Source: a virus (taxonomy: Duplodnaviria; Caudoviricetes). From it: a stretch of DNA of 64,000 bases. Location: IMG/VR virus record IMGVR_UViG_3300005686_000008; one strand, given 5' to 3'. The notes below the pieces were generated by a model, which had not been told where the DNA came from, did not search any database, and was given only the letters and a program-made list of their open reading frames with translations. Below are positions 30,567 through 41,028 of the stretch, in pieces. Position 1 is the first letter of the stretch. Every line of letters begins with the position of its first letter. A program made the position numbers and the translations under genes.

Positions 30567-30921
30567 AATGGAAGCCTTCTTTCCAAAGATTTTTTGTGTA
30601 TTGACTTGCCTCATTGGTTGCCTAGTATTGATAGCGGCTCCATTCTACGTCCCGCTGGTTAGTATCCTCAAGTTCGTTGGAACAATGGCTACCTCCGCTG
30701 TCCTCGCTCTCTTGTTCGGAATCGTTTCGGTTAGCGGGCTAAACTTTGCCGCCAAAGATGCAGAAAGGAAAGAATCTTCTCTCACCTTCTTGGCTATGCT
30801 CTACCTAACTTCGCTGAGTCTAGGTTTCGTTGCGCTGCTCAGCTTCTTGAGAATCCTCGTTTGGTCGTTCGATCATTTTTTCAATGTTCACATCAGCTGG
30901 TTCTTAGTTCCAGCGCAATAA
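30535..30921 (+). CDS. membrane protein
   Basis: Three hydrophobic segments. Confidence 0.55.
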   Translation: MDEQEKIKNTKMEAFFPKIFCVLTCLIGCLVLIAAPFYVPLVSILKFVGTMATSAVLALLFGIVSVSGLNFAAKDAERKESSLTFLAMLYLTSLSLGFVALLSFLRILVWSFDHFFNVHISWFLVPAQ

Positions 30922-30932
30922 AGGAGATGTTC

Positions 30933-31151
30933 ATGGATAGTGAAACTTGTAGTTCAGGGTGCCCCGTTCGTAGTCCCCTCGTTCGTAGGGCGCTGCTTCT
31001 CGCAGTTGTCCTCTCGGTCATTGCCGGCGGATATTACTGGTATATCATGAATGATGCTTCCTCGGCTTCAACGCCCGCACGCCCGCAGGTGAATAAGGCC
31101 CCGAACCCGAACAGCCAGGCCCCGACCCCGACTTCAACTACCCTGCCTTGA
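30933..31151 (+). CDS. small membrane-anchored protein
   Basis: AAGGAG SD, one transmembrane helix, Pro/Thr tail, terminator downstream. Confidence 0.55.
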   Translation: MDSETCSSGCPVRSPLVRRALLLAVVLSVIAGGYYWYIMNDASSASTPARPQVNKAPNPNSQAPTPTSTTLP

Positions 31152-31174
31152 AAGTAAGGTAATTCCTCTTGCTC

Positions 31175-31208
31175 AACCCTCTTCCTCGTCTTGGGGAAGA
31201 GGGTTTTC
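31175..31208 (+). terminator. intrinsic terminator
   Basis: AACCCTCTTCCTC-loop-GGGGAAGAGGGTT followed by TT. Confidence 0.7.
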
Positions 31209-31297
31209 ACATTAACTGTAACAGATTGCCATATATGAGCCTAGTATTGTAGAACCCCTCTCCGTCTCTGTAATCCTTGGGAAAGATGCAGGTATAT

Positions 31298-31783
31298 ATG
31301 CTCACAATAGGCGTTTCTAAATCCACTAATATTCGTAGACATAAAGACTATTATAACATTCTCTACAATGGAGAAACAAAACTACACCACTATGGCGCTC
31401 TTAGAAGTTTGTTCGAAATGCCTGAACGATGTAACCCGTCTTTTATCGCAATCGCTCGCTCGGGAAGTCATCTGGTTTGCGCAGCATCAGTCACTTTTAA
31501 TGAAGAAAGAAGCTCTCATTCGCAATCAGGATTGATTGTCTCCCACCCTCCTATTGTTGATGGTAAATACTTCGCACCACTTTTCCCTAATGTAGAAGTT
31601 ATGGGATTCACAAGACCTGAGTTTAGAAGAAAAGGATTCGCAACGAAAACCTTGTTCTCTTTACTCAAAAAAGCAAATATACCGAAAAACTATACAGTCT
31701 ATGTATACTCGCAAGCAATGAAAAGAATGCTCGAAAAAATAGGCTTTACTAATGTTGTAAACCTCCACCAAACAACCCCGTAA
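31298..31783 (+). CDS. GNAT-family acetyltransferase
   Basis: TRPEFRRKGFAT acetyl-CoA loop; LEKIGF. Confidence 0.65.
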   Translation: MLTIGVSKSTNIRRHKDYYNILYNGETKLHHYGALRSLFEMPERCNPSFIAIARSGSHLVCAASVTFNEERSSHSQSGLIVSHPPIVDGKYFAPLFPNVEVMGFTRPEFRRKGFATKTLFSLLKKANIPKNYTVYVYSQAMKRMLEKIGFTNVVNLHQTTP

Positions 31784-32953
31784 TGACAGCATTCCCTCGA
31801 AAAATTAGCCTCCACGAAATAGAACCGTTCGGAGTTCTTAAAGACCTCTATATGTTCGAAATTCGAAATATCGAATATGCGAATAAGGTTGAGTTTAGAC
31901 TTTTTTCTGATAGATATGAATCAAAAGAAAGCGTTATCTCCAAACTGCTTAATGAACTTGATAAAAGAAACCTCTTCATAGACTCTATTTTTGTTGATTT
32001 GGTTGTTGTTATTGAATCTGATGAACCAATAGTTATTGGTAATATACGGACGCTCCCTAATGCCTCCGCTGAACAATGGTACATTGTGAATGTTTGCTCT
32101 CAACCGGAAGGAAATAATGAAGACTTACCATTCTAAAACACAGTTTCTAGCTAAATGCGCAGCCGTCGCTGTCCCCCTTGTGTCAGCCGTAACCCTCTTT
32201 ATCTACTTGTCGATTAAAGGAAAGCCAGAACTCGGCGAAGAAACTGCAAGAGAAATAGCACTTCTTTACTTGTCGTTTTGCACTCTTATCTTCTGTATCA
32301 TCACCCCAGTAGCGGCTAAAATAATCGTCCGCACCCCCGCCTGTAAGGAATAATGCTTGAAGAACTATATCGCAGTCAAAAACGAACTCTTCCGTAATGA
32401 CTCCGAAAGAACTTGGGTCGCTACCTTCCAATCCGAAAATGACTGCCAGGCAGTCTGTAAAAGCCTCAACCAGAAAAACCCGCGCAAAGAAACTAGACAA
32501 CTCCAAGAAGTTCAATCAGAAAAGTAAATATGCGATTCCTTGTTAACTTCATATTGGTCTCTTTTGACTTCTTCATCATTGTAATCGAAATCGCTGTATG
32601 CTTCTTCCAGCTTATGCTGGAAATCTCCCTCTTTTGTTTTGAAATCATTTCTGATATATTCTTCTCATTTATCGCCTTCACTGCCTATAGTATTAGACAA
32701 CTCTTTAGGTAAGAAATATGACGCTCCATAAAATCATCCACATCCTGAGATTCGTTATGTACTTCGTTACATTGGTCTACTTCTCATACCAAACATACGA
32801 ATCTGCTCAAAGAAAAGAAATTGGCCTTATGTTTTGCTCGGTTTTCCTTGCATCGCTATCGCTCCTCCTGATTATAGGATATCTTACTCCAAGATGTAGA
32901 ATCTGCGAAAGACAAGACCCTCCCATCGGTCCCCCAACCTGAAGGATAAGATA

Positions 32954-33256
32954 ATGTTCGCTAGATTCCTCGATGAAGAAGAAGCCCTTGAACAAGCCAG
33001 AATAATCGGAGAAAAATGGGGATACGGAAACTGTATCCAATACCTCCAATATGCCTGGGCTGACTCCCTTATCGAAAAATACCCCTCCGTCTCCCGCTCC
33101 ACAGCAGCTATAAGCGCAGGGATAACTGACCCTGAAGAAATTGAAGCCTATGCCAAAGGATTCAATGTCCTCAAAAACCCGTCAACCAAAGGCCTCCAAA
33201 ATGCCGCGCAAGAAAATAACGCTCAAACAAGTACAGTTAAACCTCAAAACGCTTAG
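32954..33256 (+). CDS. hypothetical protein
   Basis: GYGNCIQYL motif; SD-like AAGGA. Confidence 0.5.
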   Translation: MFARFLDEEEALEQARIIGEKWGYGNCIQYLQYAWADSLIEKYPSVSRSTAAISAGITDPEEIEAYAKGFNVLKNPSTKGLQNAAQENNAQTSTVKPQNA

Positions 33257-34613
33257 AAGAAGATCTGACTCGGCAGAAGATGAATTCAAGAAAGAATTCC
33301 AAAGAATTAATGACTGGGTACAAATAGTTGGAACAGATGCCCTTGGAATAGATAATGACCTCTCTAACCTTATGAAAATGTACTACGCGGCAAATGTTCA
33401 TAGAAACTTGGCAGACTTCGTTGAAAAAACGCAATATAGTGGAGTTCAAGATATGCACCCCTTCGCTTTTCCTGATAATGATACCGGCGCTCTTGGAATG
33501 AAATCGGGACAAACCTTGATAGATAATGAGGGTAATATCTGTACCGCTGATGAGTTCCTTACAGATGGAGAAGTCTTTGTCTCCTATCCAGATGGTTCCT
33601 ATTCTACTCTCAAATGGACGCAAGTAAGACCGCCAACACCAGAAGAAATGGATAAGTTCAATGGACAAAACAAAAAATAAGGTCATATGGGCAAATAAAT
33701 ACGTCGATTATGATAAACTCTCTCCCTTAGAGAAAAAGGCTTTCGAAATCTGTAGTAAAATAACCTATGACCACGCCGGTATCCCTCCCTACATCGACGT
33801 AGTACAAGGCACCGAAGTCTGGGCGCAAGATGGAAATGACCTTAAAAAACAAGTCATTGAGATCCTGAAGGGAAAAGCAAAATGAAGTTCTTTGAATTCT
33901 CAAATACGTCCGGCGAAATCTTCCGAGCTAAGTTCACTACAAAACAAGAAAAACTCAAAGCTTATAAACGGATGTGGAACTATTATAATAATGATAATAG
34001 ACTCCATCCTATCTTGGAGTTCCTTGACCTGGCAGAAGAACAAGAACTAAAACTCTATACTAAGGCTGAACAAGGTAATGTCTGGGCTATCCAGAGATGC
34101 TTGAGAATCATGTGGAGTAGAACTGACCTGTCTTCCTTCTATGGCAAAATTGTAACTATCAGATAGGATTGTAAGGCAATGAAAATCACACCACAACAAA
34201 TGCAAGAACTTGACCAGGCAACAGCACGCTATGTTGACCTCATAACTCCTTCCCTCAAAAGACTTTATGATAACCTCATAGAGTCAGGAATACCCAAGGA
34301 AGTTGCAGCCCAAGCATTAGCAAGAGCAGCATCTGACCTGTTCATATCGTTCCTTGGTATTAAGAGAGAATAACAAAGTATGGATACCGTCCTAACAATT
34401 CTCAAGTTCATTGCTATTGGCGTTGGAGTCATCATCGCTATCCCTGTAGCCGTTGTTCTTCTTGGAATGGCTGTCGCAATACTCGGCGCTATCGTTGAAG
34501 CAGGCGTCTTCCTCTTCCTCTTCCTTGTTGCCGCTGCCGCTAGCTTCTTTAATGCTTTCTTCGAAACGTTCTTTACCCCAAAGAACCCCAAAACCTAAGA
34601 AAGTTTCGCGCAT

Positions 34614-34901
34614 ATGAAAAAAGCTTTCACCCTCATCGAAATTCTTGTTGTCGTTATTATCTTTGCCATCATTGTTCTAATCATAACCGCTGTTACTCCC
34701 TCGTCAAAAAGAAATACACCAAAACAACCAACAGTACCCGCAAACTTCACTGTACTCTCCAGAGAAGCTACAGGAGCAACCTGCTGCGAACCCTTCATCA
34801 TTATTGTCAAAGATTTACAGACAGAGCAGGAATATATCATCATTGAGGACGGTAGCGGAGTCTCTATAACCCCAAGATTGCCAAAGAAAGAAGAACGATA
34901 A
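34614..34901 (+). CDS. prepilin-type N-terminal cleavage/methylation domain protein
   Basis: MKKAFTLIEILVVVIIFAII. Confidence 0.75.
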   Translation: MKKAFTLIEILVVVIIFAIIVLIITAVTPSSKRNTPKQPTVPANFTVLSREATGATCCEPFIIIVKDLQTEQEYIIIEDGSGVSITPRLPKKEER

Positions 34902-35395
34902 TGTCAAAGCTTAGAAGAGGCTTCGTCGAGCCTCCTGAAATCCTCGTTATCCTCGCTATCATCTGCCTACTCATTGGTATCCTCATACCAGCAATAGGTA
35001 AAGCCAGAGAAGCTGTTCGAAGGAATGCCGCCGCACAACCCCAAAGCATCTCCCAAGAAGAAAAAGATAGACTGCAAAAAGATGGCGAACTATCTGCCAG
35101 AGAACGAGCTGAAATCGCTAGAAAACAAAATGAGGCAGACTCTAGAGAAAATGAACAATCCCTCCTTAACCGAATCCGACAAGAAGAACAAACTGAACTC
35201 CAAATCCAACAAGAATACGCTAGCCAACTCCAACCCCTTTCCTTTATAGTCTCTAACTGGCAACTCAATAGAAAAGAAAATCTTAAAGTATTCGTTCTCT
35301 ATGATATCCAAAATAAACAGGAATATATCATTGTCCAAAATGTTTATAACCCCGAAGTTATGACCATTACCCCGAGAATCAAAAATGACCACTGA
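34901..35395 (+). CDS. prepilin-like protein with planctomycete DUF1559-style N-terminus
   Basis: RRGF...EILVILAIICLLIGILIPAIGKAREAVRR. Confidence 0.7.
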   Translation: MSKLRRGFVEPPEILVILAIICLLIGILIPAIGKAREAVRRNAAAQPQSISQEEKDRLQKDGELSARERAEIARKQNEADSRENEQSLLNRIRQEEQTELQIQQEYASQLQPLSFIVSNWQLNRKENLKVFVLYDIQNKQEYIIVQNVYNPEVMTITPRIKNDH

Positions 35396-36297
35396 TTATG
35401 CAACACTTAAAAAGTCCGTATCAGAACTCCAAACTATCATAGAAGAACATGAACGCTATAAACGAGCGCTCCTCATTATCTCTAGCCCAGTTCCAGCAGC
35501 CCTCTCTCCCCATGATATAGCGCTACATGCCCTCAAGGATTGGCCCTTCCCTGACCCGCCAAAACCCCAACCCAAACCTTGCCGTATCTGCGGAGACCCT
35601 GACTGTAAGAAAGATTAACATAATGAGAATGAATAATAAAAAAAGATGCACAACCTATACCTGGCAATGCCCTATCTGCCGTAAAACCTATTCGGAACTT
35701 GTATCCTATTGCCAGCCCTGCCATAAAGCCGAAATAGATGATCCATCCCTCCGATATGCCGCTAACCCAAACGCCCGAAATATACCATCCAAACCTAAGA
35801 CTAAACTTCCCAAAAGACCCTGATACCCTATGCAAACACCCGTTCTCTCCAAAGTAGTCGTTTCTCCCCAATCAATCCAGTTTTTCGCGCAAAAGAAACT
35901 CGTCGCCAGTATCACCCCTACCTCCATCAACGCCCCAGCTTCTAAACACAATAAGAACCTGATACCCTACCCAAGACAATCTACTAGCCTCCAACTGTCC
36001 TCTAATATCCTCTCATTCTCCTCAACCTCCTATGCTGCCACTGATTCCTTCAATATCGCTATTGTACCTAATGACCTTAAAGAACAAGTTTCTATAGCTA
36101 TCGCAAAGGAACCCTCCCCATGAAACCAATCAAAGATTATCTCAAAGACCCGCCCACAATGTTCCTCGTTGTTATCTCTATCTTCTTCCTCTGTACAATC
36201 ATCAATCTTGCTATTAGTATCCTCCACCTCTTCATTAATCACTAATCCTTCAAAACCTTCGAAAACTTTATACTAGGAAATCTTACAGGAAAGTTTT

Positions 36298-36747
36298 ATG
36301 AATATCAAAATGTATATCAAAAACCTGTTCAAGAAACTCTTTATTTCGGAGAACCCGTTCTATCCGTTCAAGGCGGCAATCGCTATCTTCTGTATCATCC
36401 TTCTTGTTGATTATTGTATCATGGGAAGTCTCAATGTCGTTGTCTTCTTTATGTCTGCTATGACCCTCGCTACAATGTTCCCAATCTGCTTGTATAATGA
36501 ACGCCTGCTCCAAGAAAAACAACTCAGAGAAATACAAGCACAAAAAGAACATCTTGAACTCGAAAAATCTATCAAGTATTGTATGGAAATGAATAATGTC
36601 ATTCGAGAAGAGAATAGTATAAAATCTCCTGACACTGAATCGAAATGTTCCACTGCGCAAGCCCAGATTGCAAGTAGAGAAGAAAGCGGTAGGTTTCCTG
36701 CTCCTAAAGGAAGATGGCCCACTGTTTACCGAGATTCTGACCTCTAA
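36298..36747 (+). CDS. membrane protein
   Basis: Two hydrophobic helices followed by a coiled coil. Confidence 0.5.
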   Translation: MNIKMYIKNLFKKLFISENPFYPFKAAIAIFCIILLVDYCIMGSLNVVVFFMSAMTLATMFPICLYNERLLQEKQLREIQAQKEHLELEKSIKYCMEMNNVIREENSIKSPDTESKCSTAQAQIASREESGRFPAPKGRWPTVYRDSDL

Positions 36748-36780
36748 ATGAGGTTTTTGTTGGTAAAGTTTATACTACTT

Positions 36781-36820
36781 CTACACTTTGCTACACTTTG
36801 CACCACATAACGACACTTTT
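36781..36820. repeat. 10-bp direct repeats in an intergenic gap
   Basis: CTACACTTTG twice in tandem (36781-36800) plus variant CGACACTTTT (36811-36820). Confidence 0.6.
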
Positions 36821-36892
36821 CGTATCTATACCCGCTTCTCTCTTCCAGTAACTTTTCCCGCTTTCATCAAAATATAACACAGGAAATAATAG

Positions 36893-37192
36893 ATGATTCC
36901 CCCAACTCTTTCTCCCCTCTTTGTTTATTCTTTCATCTATGTTGCAATGGGCGCTATTACAGCCTTTGGAGTTACCTCTCAAGATGAAGAATCTGCTCAG
37001 CCCGTTCCCTCTTGGACTTTCTTATTGAGCTTCTTCTTTTGGCCCGTCTTCATCTTTGTTTATTTCTTTCTAACTTTGCTTACAGCCGTCCATAAAGGGC
37101 TTGAGCTTGCTAATACGCTATGGATTCAAAAATCTTATGGTAAAACGTCTTTTTGGGCCATCCTCAAAGACCTTTCAAAGGACAAAAAATGA
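36893..37192 (+). CDS. membrane protein
   Basis: Two hydrophobic helices, FFWP motif. Confidence 0.55.
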   Translation: MIPPTLSPLFVYSFIYVAMGAITAFGVTSQDEESAQPVPSWTFLLSFFFWPVFIFVYFFLTLLTAVHKGLELANTLWIQKSYGKTSFWAILKDLSKDKK

Positions 37193-37860
37193 GAATACGC
37201 AGGGTACAAGTAGAATGGTCCACTGGTAAGGCGAACCTTGATCTTCGCAATGAAGCGGGTTTACCATTATCTCTTGTGGGGATTGTTGGGCCTAACGGCT
37301 CGGGTAAGAGTTTATTACAATTGCTAGCACTGCGCTGTTTCAAGAACAGCATGAGTCCTAACACTGTTTTCCTCGATTGGGATGATGTCTCTGGTAGCGT
37401 AGAGATGGAATATGGCGGGGCCATAGCAACAGCGATTGTTCATAATGGCAAGATAGTGCAAAACTTAGTATTTCCAAATATGACGGTAGACAAGATGAGG
37501 ATGCAGGGAGGGGTACTTGGGTATACTCGTCATAGGTTCTCTTGGGAGTTAGCTCGTTGGGGAGAGAGCAACGAGATGGGGTTAGGGGAGAAGGGCATAA
37601 CATCTATCCTTCATGATTTGTACAAGGGCGATATTAGGAATAGCGTGATATGGGTTGATGACTTTGCTATTGGCTTGGATAAAGAGAACTCTTCCAGGTT
37701 CCTGCAAACTTTGATAAAGAAGTGTTTAGAGAAGAGCAATCAGTTGATATTTAGTACAACTGGGAATGCTGGGGTAGGGGAGTCTGGGGTATCAGTTGAG
37801 TGTACAAGGTTCTTAGCTGATAAGGTTGATCTTGTATCTACTGTCTTGAAGAAGTTATGA
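37189..37860 (+). CDS. ABC/AAA-type P-loop ATPase
   Basis: GIVGPNGSGKS, MGLGEK signature-like, IWVDD, QLIFST. Confidence 0.75.
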   Translation: MRIRRVQVEWSTGKANLDLRNEAGLPLSLVGIVGPNGSGKSLLQLLALRCFKNSMSPNTVFLDWDDVSGSVEMEYGGAIATAIVHNGKIVQNLVFPNMTVDKMRMQGGVLGYTRHRFSWELARWGESNEMGLGEKGITSILHDLYKGDIRNSVIWVDDFAIGLDKENSSRFLQTLIKKCLEKSNQLIFSTTGNAGVGESGVSVECTRFLADKVDLVSTVLKKL

Positions 37861-37986
37861 CTAGCACTGATTCCACTAAATTGGTTTCTTCTACAAAGGA
37901 AGAAATGGAGGAGATGCTTCCACTGCGCTGTTGTTCCACTGCGCCTCTGGGACTAAACTTTCTTTTGCGCGAAAAAACTGATTCCA

Positions 37987-38721
37987 TCAAAACTTATAGT
38001 AACGGTCTTGATGTTCTTGGACATCTCGGAGGAACTGGTCCTTATCATCTCTGATTTTGAACTTAAGTCCGGCATTCAGTCGCAGTAGGTTTTCGGTCAA
38101 GCGAGAGACACGATTGGACCCATCTTGGAAGGGTTTGATACAGGCGATTCCGAGGGACGTAGTATAAATCTTACGTTCCAAGTTTTTCCAATCTGATTCT
38201 TCCATAAGTCTGGGGTTATCGAGTTGGTCTTTGATAGAGAGTACATAGGAGGAGTAATCTTGGAAGAGGCTGATGAGGAGAGGTTGGATTTGTTCTGGGG
38301 GAGGCATTTGGCGATGGCCCAGGGACTTTTCATGGATACGGTATTGACCGAGTTCATCTTTGGAGGGATAATCAATGGAGTTAATAAGTTCTTCTCCCTT
38401 TTTCCAAAAGTCATGAAGTAAGTTCTTATGAAGTTGTTTCAACCACGGGAACTGTGAATCGAAGTTCTTCATTGTTATAAGATTTGCTTTTGGGAACAGG
38501 TTTGGATTTTCAGCAAGTTGTATAACAAGGTGGATACATCTCATTTGACCTGATACGGCTGGATGCGCTCTACCCTGGAAGAGCAGGTTAGATTGGACTT
38601 CTTCTCGTTTCATGAAGATTCTTTCCATTTCATTAGAGTGGAGGATGAAGTCTATTTTTTCATCTTCTGTTACTTCCGGGAAGTAGCGTCTATCGAAGTC
38701 AGTGATTGGGATAAGTTCCAT
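37987..38721 (-). CDS. Fic/Doc family protein with non-canonical motif
   Basis: HSNEME, QLHKNL, GQYR, IKPFQDGSNRVSRL. Confidence 0.8.
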   Translation of the reverse strand: MELIPITDFDRRYFPEVTEDEKIDFILHSNEMERIFMKREEVQSNLLFQGRAHPAVSGQMRCIHLVIQLAENPNLFPKANLITMKNFDSQFPWLKQLHKNLLHDFWKKGEELINSIDYPSKDELGQYRIHEKSLGHRQMPPPEQIQPLLISLFQDYSSYVLSIKDQLDNPRLMEESDWKNLERKIYTTSLGIACIKPFQDGSNRVSRLTENLLRLNAGLKFKIRDDKDQFLRDVQEHQDRYYKF

Positions 38722-38894
38722 ATTTGTTAATATCGGCCTTTCGTTGGGCGAAGTTTGGCAGGCACGATAGGGTAATCGTTATGAGTGTGGGGAAGGGGTT
38801 TGTTTGGCGTTGAAATTCTTTTGTGGAGCGCTTGCTGGTGGCTTTTCGGTTGCCTATAGTTCGTATGATGGGAGAGGTCGTTGGAGCTTTCGTT

Positions 38895-39566
38895 ATGGCA
38901 AAAAGTCGTCAACTGTACCTTGATGTTGCTTCGCATGCGGAGATTCCTCTAGCAAACAGAAAAGAGGTTGTTTCAGGAAGGGGCGGGGAGCTTAGGGTTC
39001 CTCGCCGTTATCATTTGAAGGCGGACAAGCTTATTGCTTTGCGCAATCAGATGAAGGAATCTGGTCATTTCATATCTCCTTACGGGGCGAATCGTCTCTA
39101 CACATTTATCATTGAGGCCTTATCCGAGTTAGGGACGAACAAGCCTCACGCATGCAATGTGGTATGGGAGAAGTTCAAGGAGGTAGCATCTCGTCCTGGG
39201 ACGACGAAGGCAGGGAAGACGGCGTGGGAGCGTTTTTCTGAGCGTCCCAGTCGCAGCGCGACGACCGGGCTTGACGATTTTTCTCGGTTTCTTCAGAACC
39301 TTGAGGTACTTCAGAGGCTTGGGGGAGATCATCCTTACGGGTTCAAGCTATCGCAGGTGGGCGCTTGTATTGACATCTTGATGGACATTGAGACGGGGAT
39401 GAAGGTACAGCTTCGGACTGGGATTACTGATGGCGAGCCTGTGAAGCCTGTTAACATGAGTCGTAAGAGGGTATATAAGAAGACGGTTGATTTCATTCCT
39501 GCTGGAACGTTGATTGATGCGGTCTTTTCTGATGACGAGGGGGCTTCAGAGGAGTCCGAGGACTAA
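38895..39566 (+). CDS. hypothetical protein
   Basis: GGAG SD; stop codon lies inside a GACTAAACTT motif. Confidence 0.65.
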   Translation: MAKSRQLYLDVASHAEIPLANRKEVVSGRGGELRVPRRYHLKADKLIALRNQMKESGHFISPYGANRLYTFIIEALSELGTNKPHACNVVWEKFKEVASRPGTTKAGKTAWERFSERPSRSATTGLDDFSRFLQNLEVLQRLGGDHPYGFKLSQVGACIDILMDIETGMKVQLRTGITDGEPVKPVNMSRKRVYKKTVDFIPAGTLIDAVFSDDEGASEESED

Positions 39567-39700
39567 ACTTTTTTGGCGGAAAATTAGGCTATCCGTTCGC
39601 TCTCGCCATGAGCGGATTCTTTGGACCCCTAGGGAGTTTCTCTGGGGGTCTTTTCTAGACAGAGAGAGTTTTCAGGTAGCAACATATAGGAATCATTCGT

Positions 39701-40729
39701 ATGGGACGGAAGAGCGTAACGGTTCCAAAGGATCAGGGCGCTGGGTTATCGAACGAGCAGCGGATTGGGGTATTACTTCAGCACACATGCGACAATGATA
39801 GCGTCTTCTATGCATTATGTCGGATGAGGCCAAATCTTGCTGCGATTGAGGACAACGAGACGCGCCGGCGGTATGCAAGGAATCATGGCGTTGAGTGTCC
39901 TGCATTTGACGCAATATTCCATCAACGGTTACTAGAGCAGATCCGCAAAGTCAAGTGCAAATACATGGAGGAAGTCAGGAAGGATGAGGTTCTGAAGCCT
40001 TCCAAGAACGACGATGGCTCGGCTGTGAAGGTTGCAGATATTGAGATTGCTGACATTCCGAGGTTTAGTCTGGGCATTCCGGCTTTGGACCAGATTTTGG
40101 GGAAGGATGACAAGACCGGCATATATGGGATGCCGAAGGGGTCTTGTCTTATTTTCGGCGCGGAAAGAGGAACTGGCAAAACCAGGCTATCAGTAGAGGT
40201 AGCATCTCATGTAGGAAGTCCTTGGCGTCACATCGACGCCAATGGCAATAACGGCGTTTTGTATATTCAGAACGAGGAGAAGCTTTCCGTCTTCAGGGCA
40301 AGGGCTGCGAGGTCTTGGACGGATGAGCATAATATTTGGGTTTCTTCTTCTGACAATCTACTTCAGCATCAGTTTCTGATTGACAAGCACAAACCGAAGC
40401 TTGTGATTATTGATTCGATGCAGGATACGGTTCAGGCTCGTTATACTGGCGGCTTGATCAATATGTTAACTACCTATAAAGCGATAGCAGAGGATACTGG
40501 TATTTCTTTCTGGTTGATTTCTCACCTGACGGTAAAGGGGACCATCAAGGGAGGGAGTTATCCTGGGCACAAAGTGGACATCGAGTTGATTGCAGTTCGG
40601 AACAAGGAGGACAAGGGGTTATTTGATGTATCTTGTCCTGTGAAGAACAGGTACGGGGCTACGAACATTGTATCTACCTTTAGGCATACTGACTCTGGGG
40701 TTCGGTTTGTAGCGATGAGAGAGACCTGA
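39701..40729 (+). CDS. RadA/Sms-like RecA-family ATPase
   Basis: GIPALDQILG, GAERGTGKT, VLYIQNEE, VIIDSMQ, ISHLTVKG, KNRYG. Confidence 0.85.
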   Translation: MGRKSVTVPKDQGAGLSNEQRIGVLLQHTCDNDSVFYALCRMRPNLAAIEDNETRRRYARNHGVECPAFDAIFHQRLLEQIRKVKCKYMEEVRKDEVLKPSKNDDGSAVKVADIEIADIPRFSLGIPALDQILGKDDKTGIYGMPKGSCLIFGAERGTGKTRLSVEVASHVGSPWRHIDANGNNGVLYIQNEEKLSVFRARAARSWTDEHNIWVSSSDNLLQHQFLIDKHKPKLVIIDSMQDTVQARYTGGLINMLTTYKAIAEDTGISFWLISHLTVKGTIKGGSYPGHKVDIELIAVRNKEDKGLFDVSCPVKNRYGATNIVSTFRHTDSGVRFVAMRET

Positions 40730-40758
40730 GTTTGGTTCTAGTTTGGGATTTTATATGA

Positions 40759-40788
40759 ACAGCCTCCGAATAGGGGGCTGTTTTCTTT
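40759..40788 (+). terminator. intrinsic terminator
   Basis: ACAGCCTCC-GAATA-GGGGGCTGT followed by TTTCTTT. Confidence 0.75.
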
Positions 40789-40804
40789 CTAACTTTATGT
40801 TGCC

Positions 40805-40941
40805 GACTAAACTTTTGCGCGAAAAAATAAGGTTGTCGGATAGAATAGGATAAGAAGGGGTAGTCTAGCGGGCTAAACTTTCTTAGGAAAAAAGAAACTT
40901 ATCAGAAAGATGGACAGACGTAAAGATGCTGGCTAAACTTT
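40805..40941 (+). promoter_or_regulatory. three tandem RRCTAAACTT elements (putative phage promoters)
   Basis: Copies at 40805, 40871 and 40931, between a terminator and the 41029 gene. Confidence 0.6.
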
Positions 40942-41028
40942 CTGAGGCGAAAAGAAAGAATGTCAAAGTCGAGCGAAATGTAAGTAGCAATAACTTTGAC
41001 GGACGAATCCTTCTAAAGGAGAAAGCAA

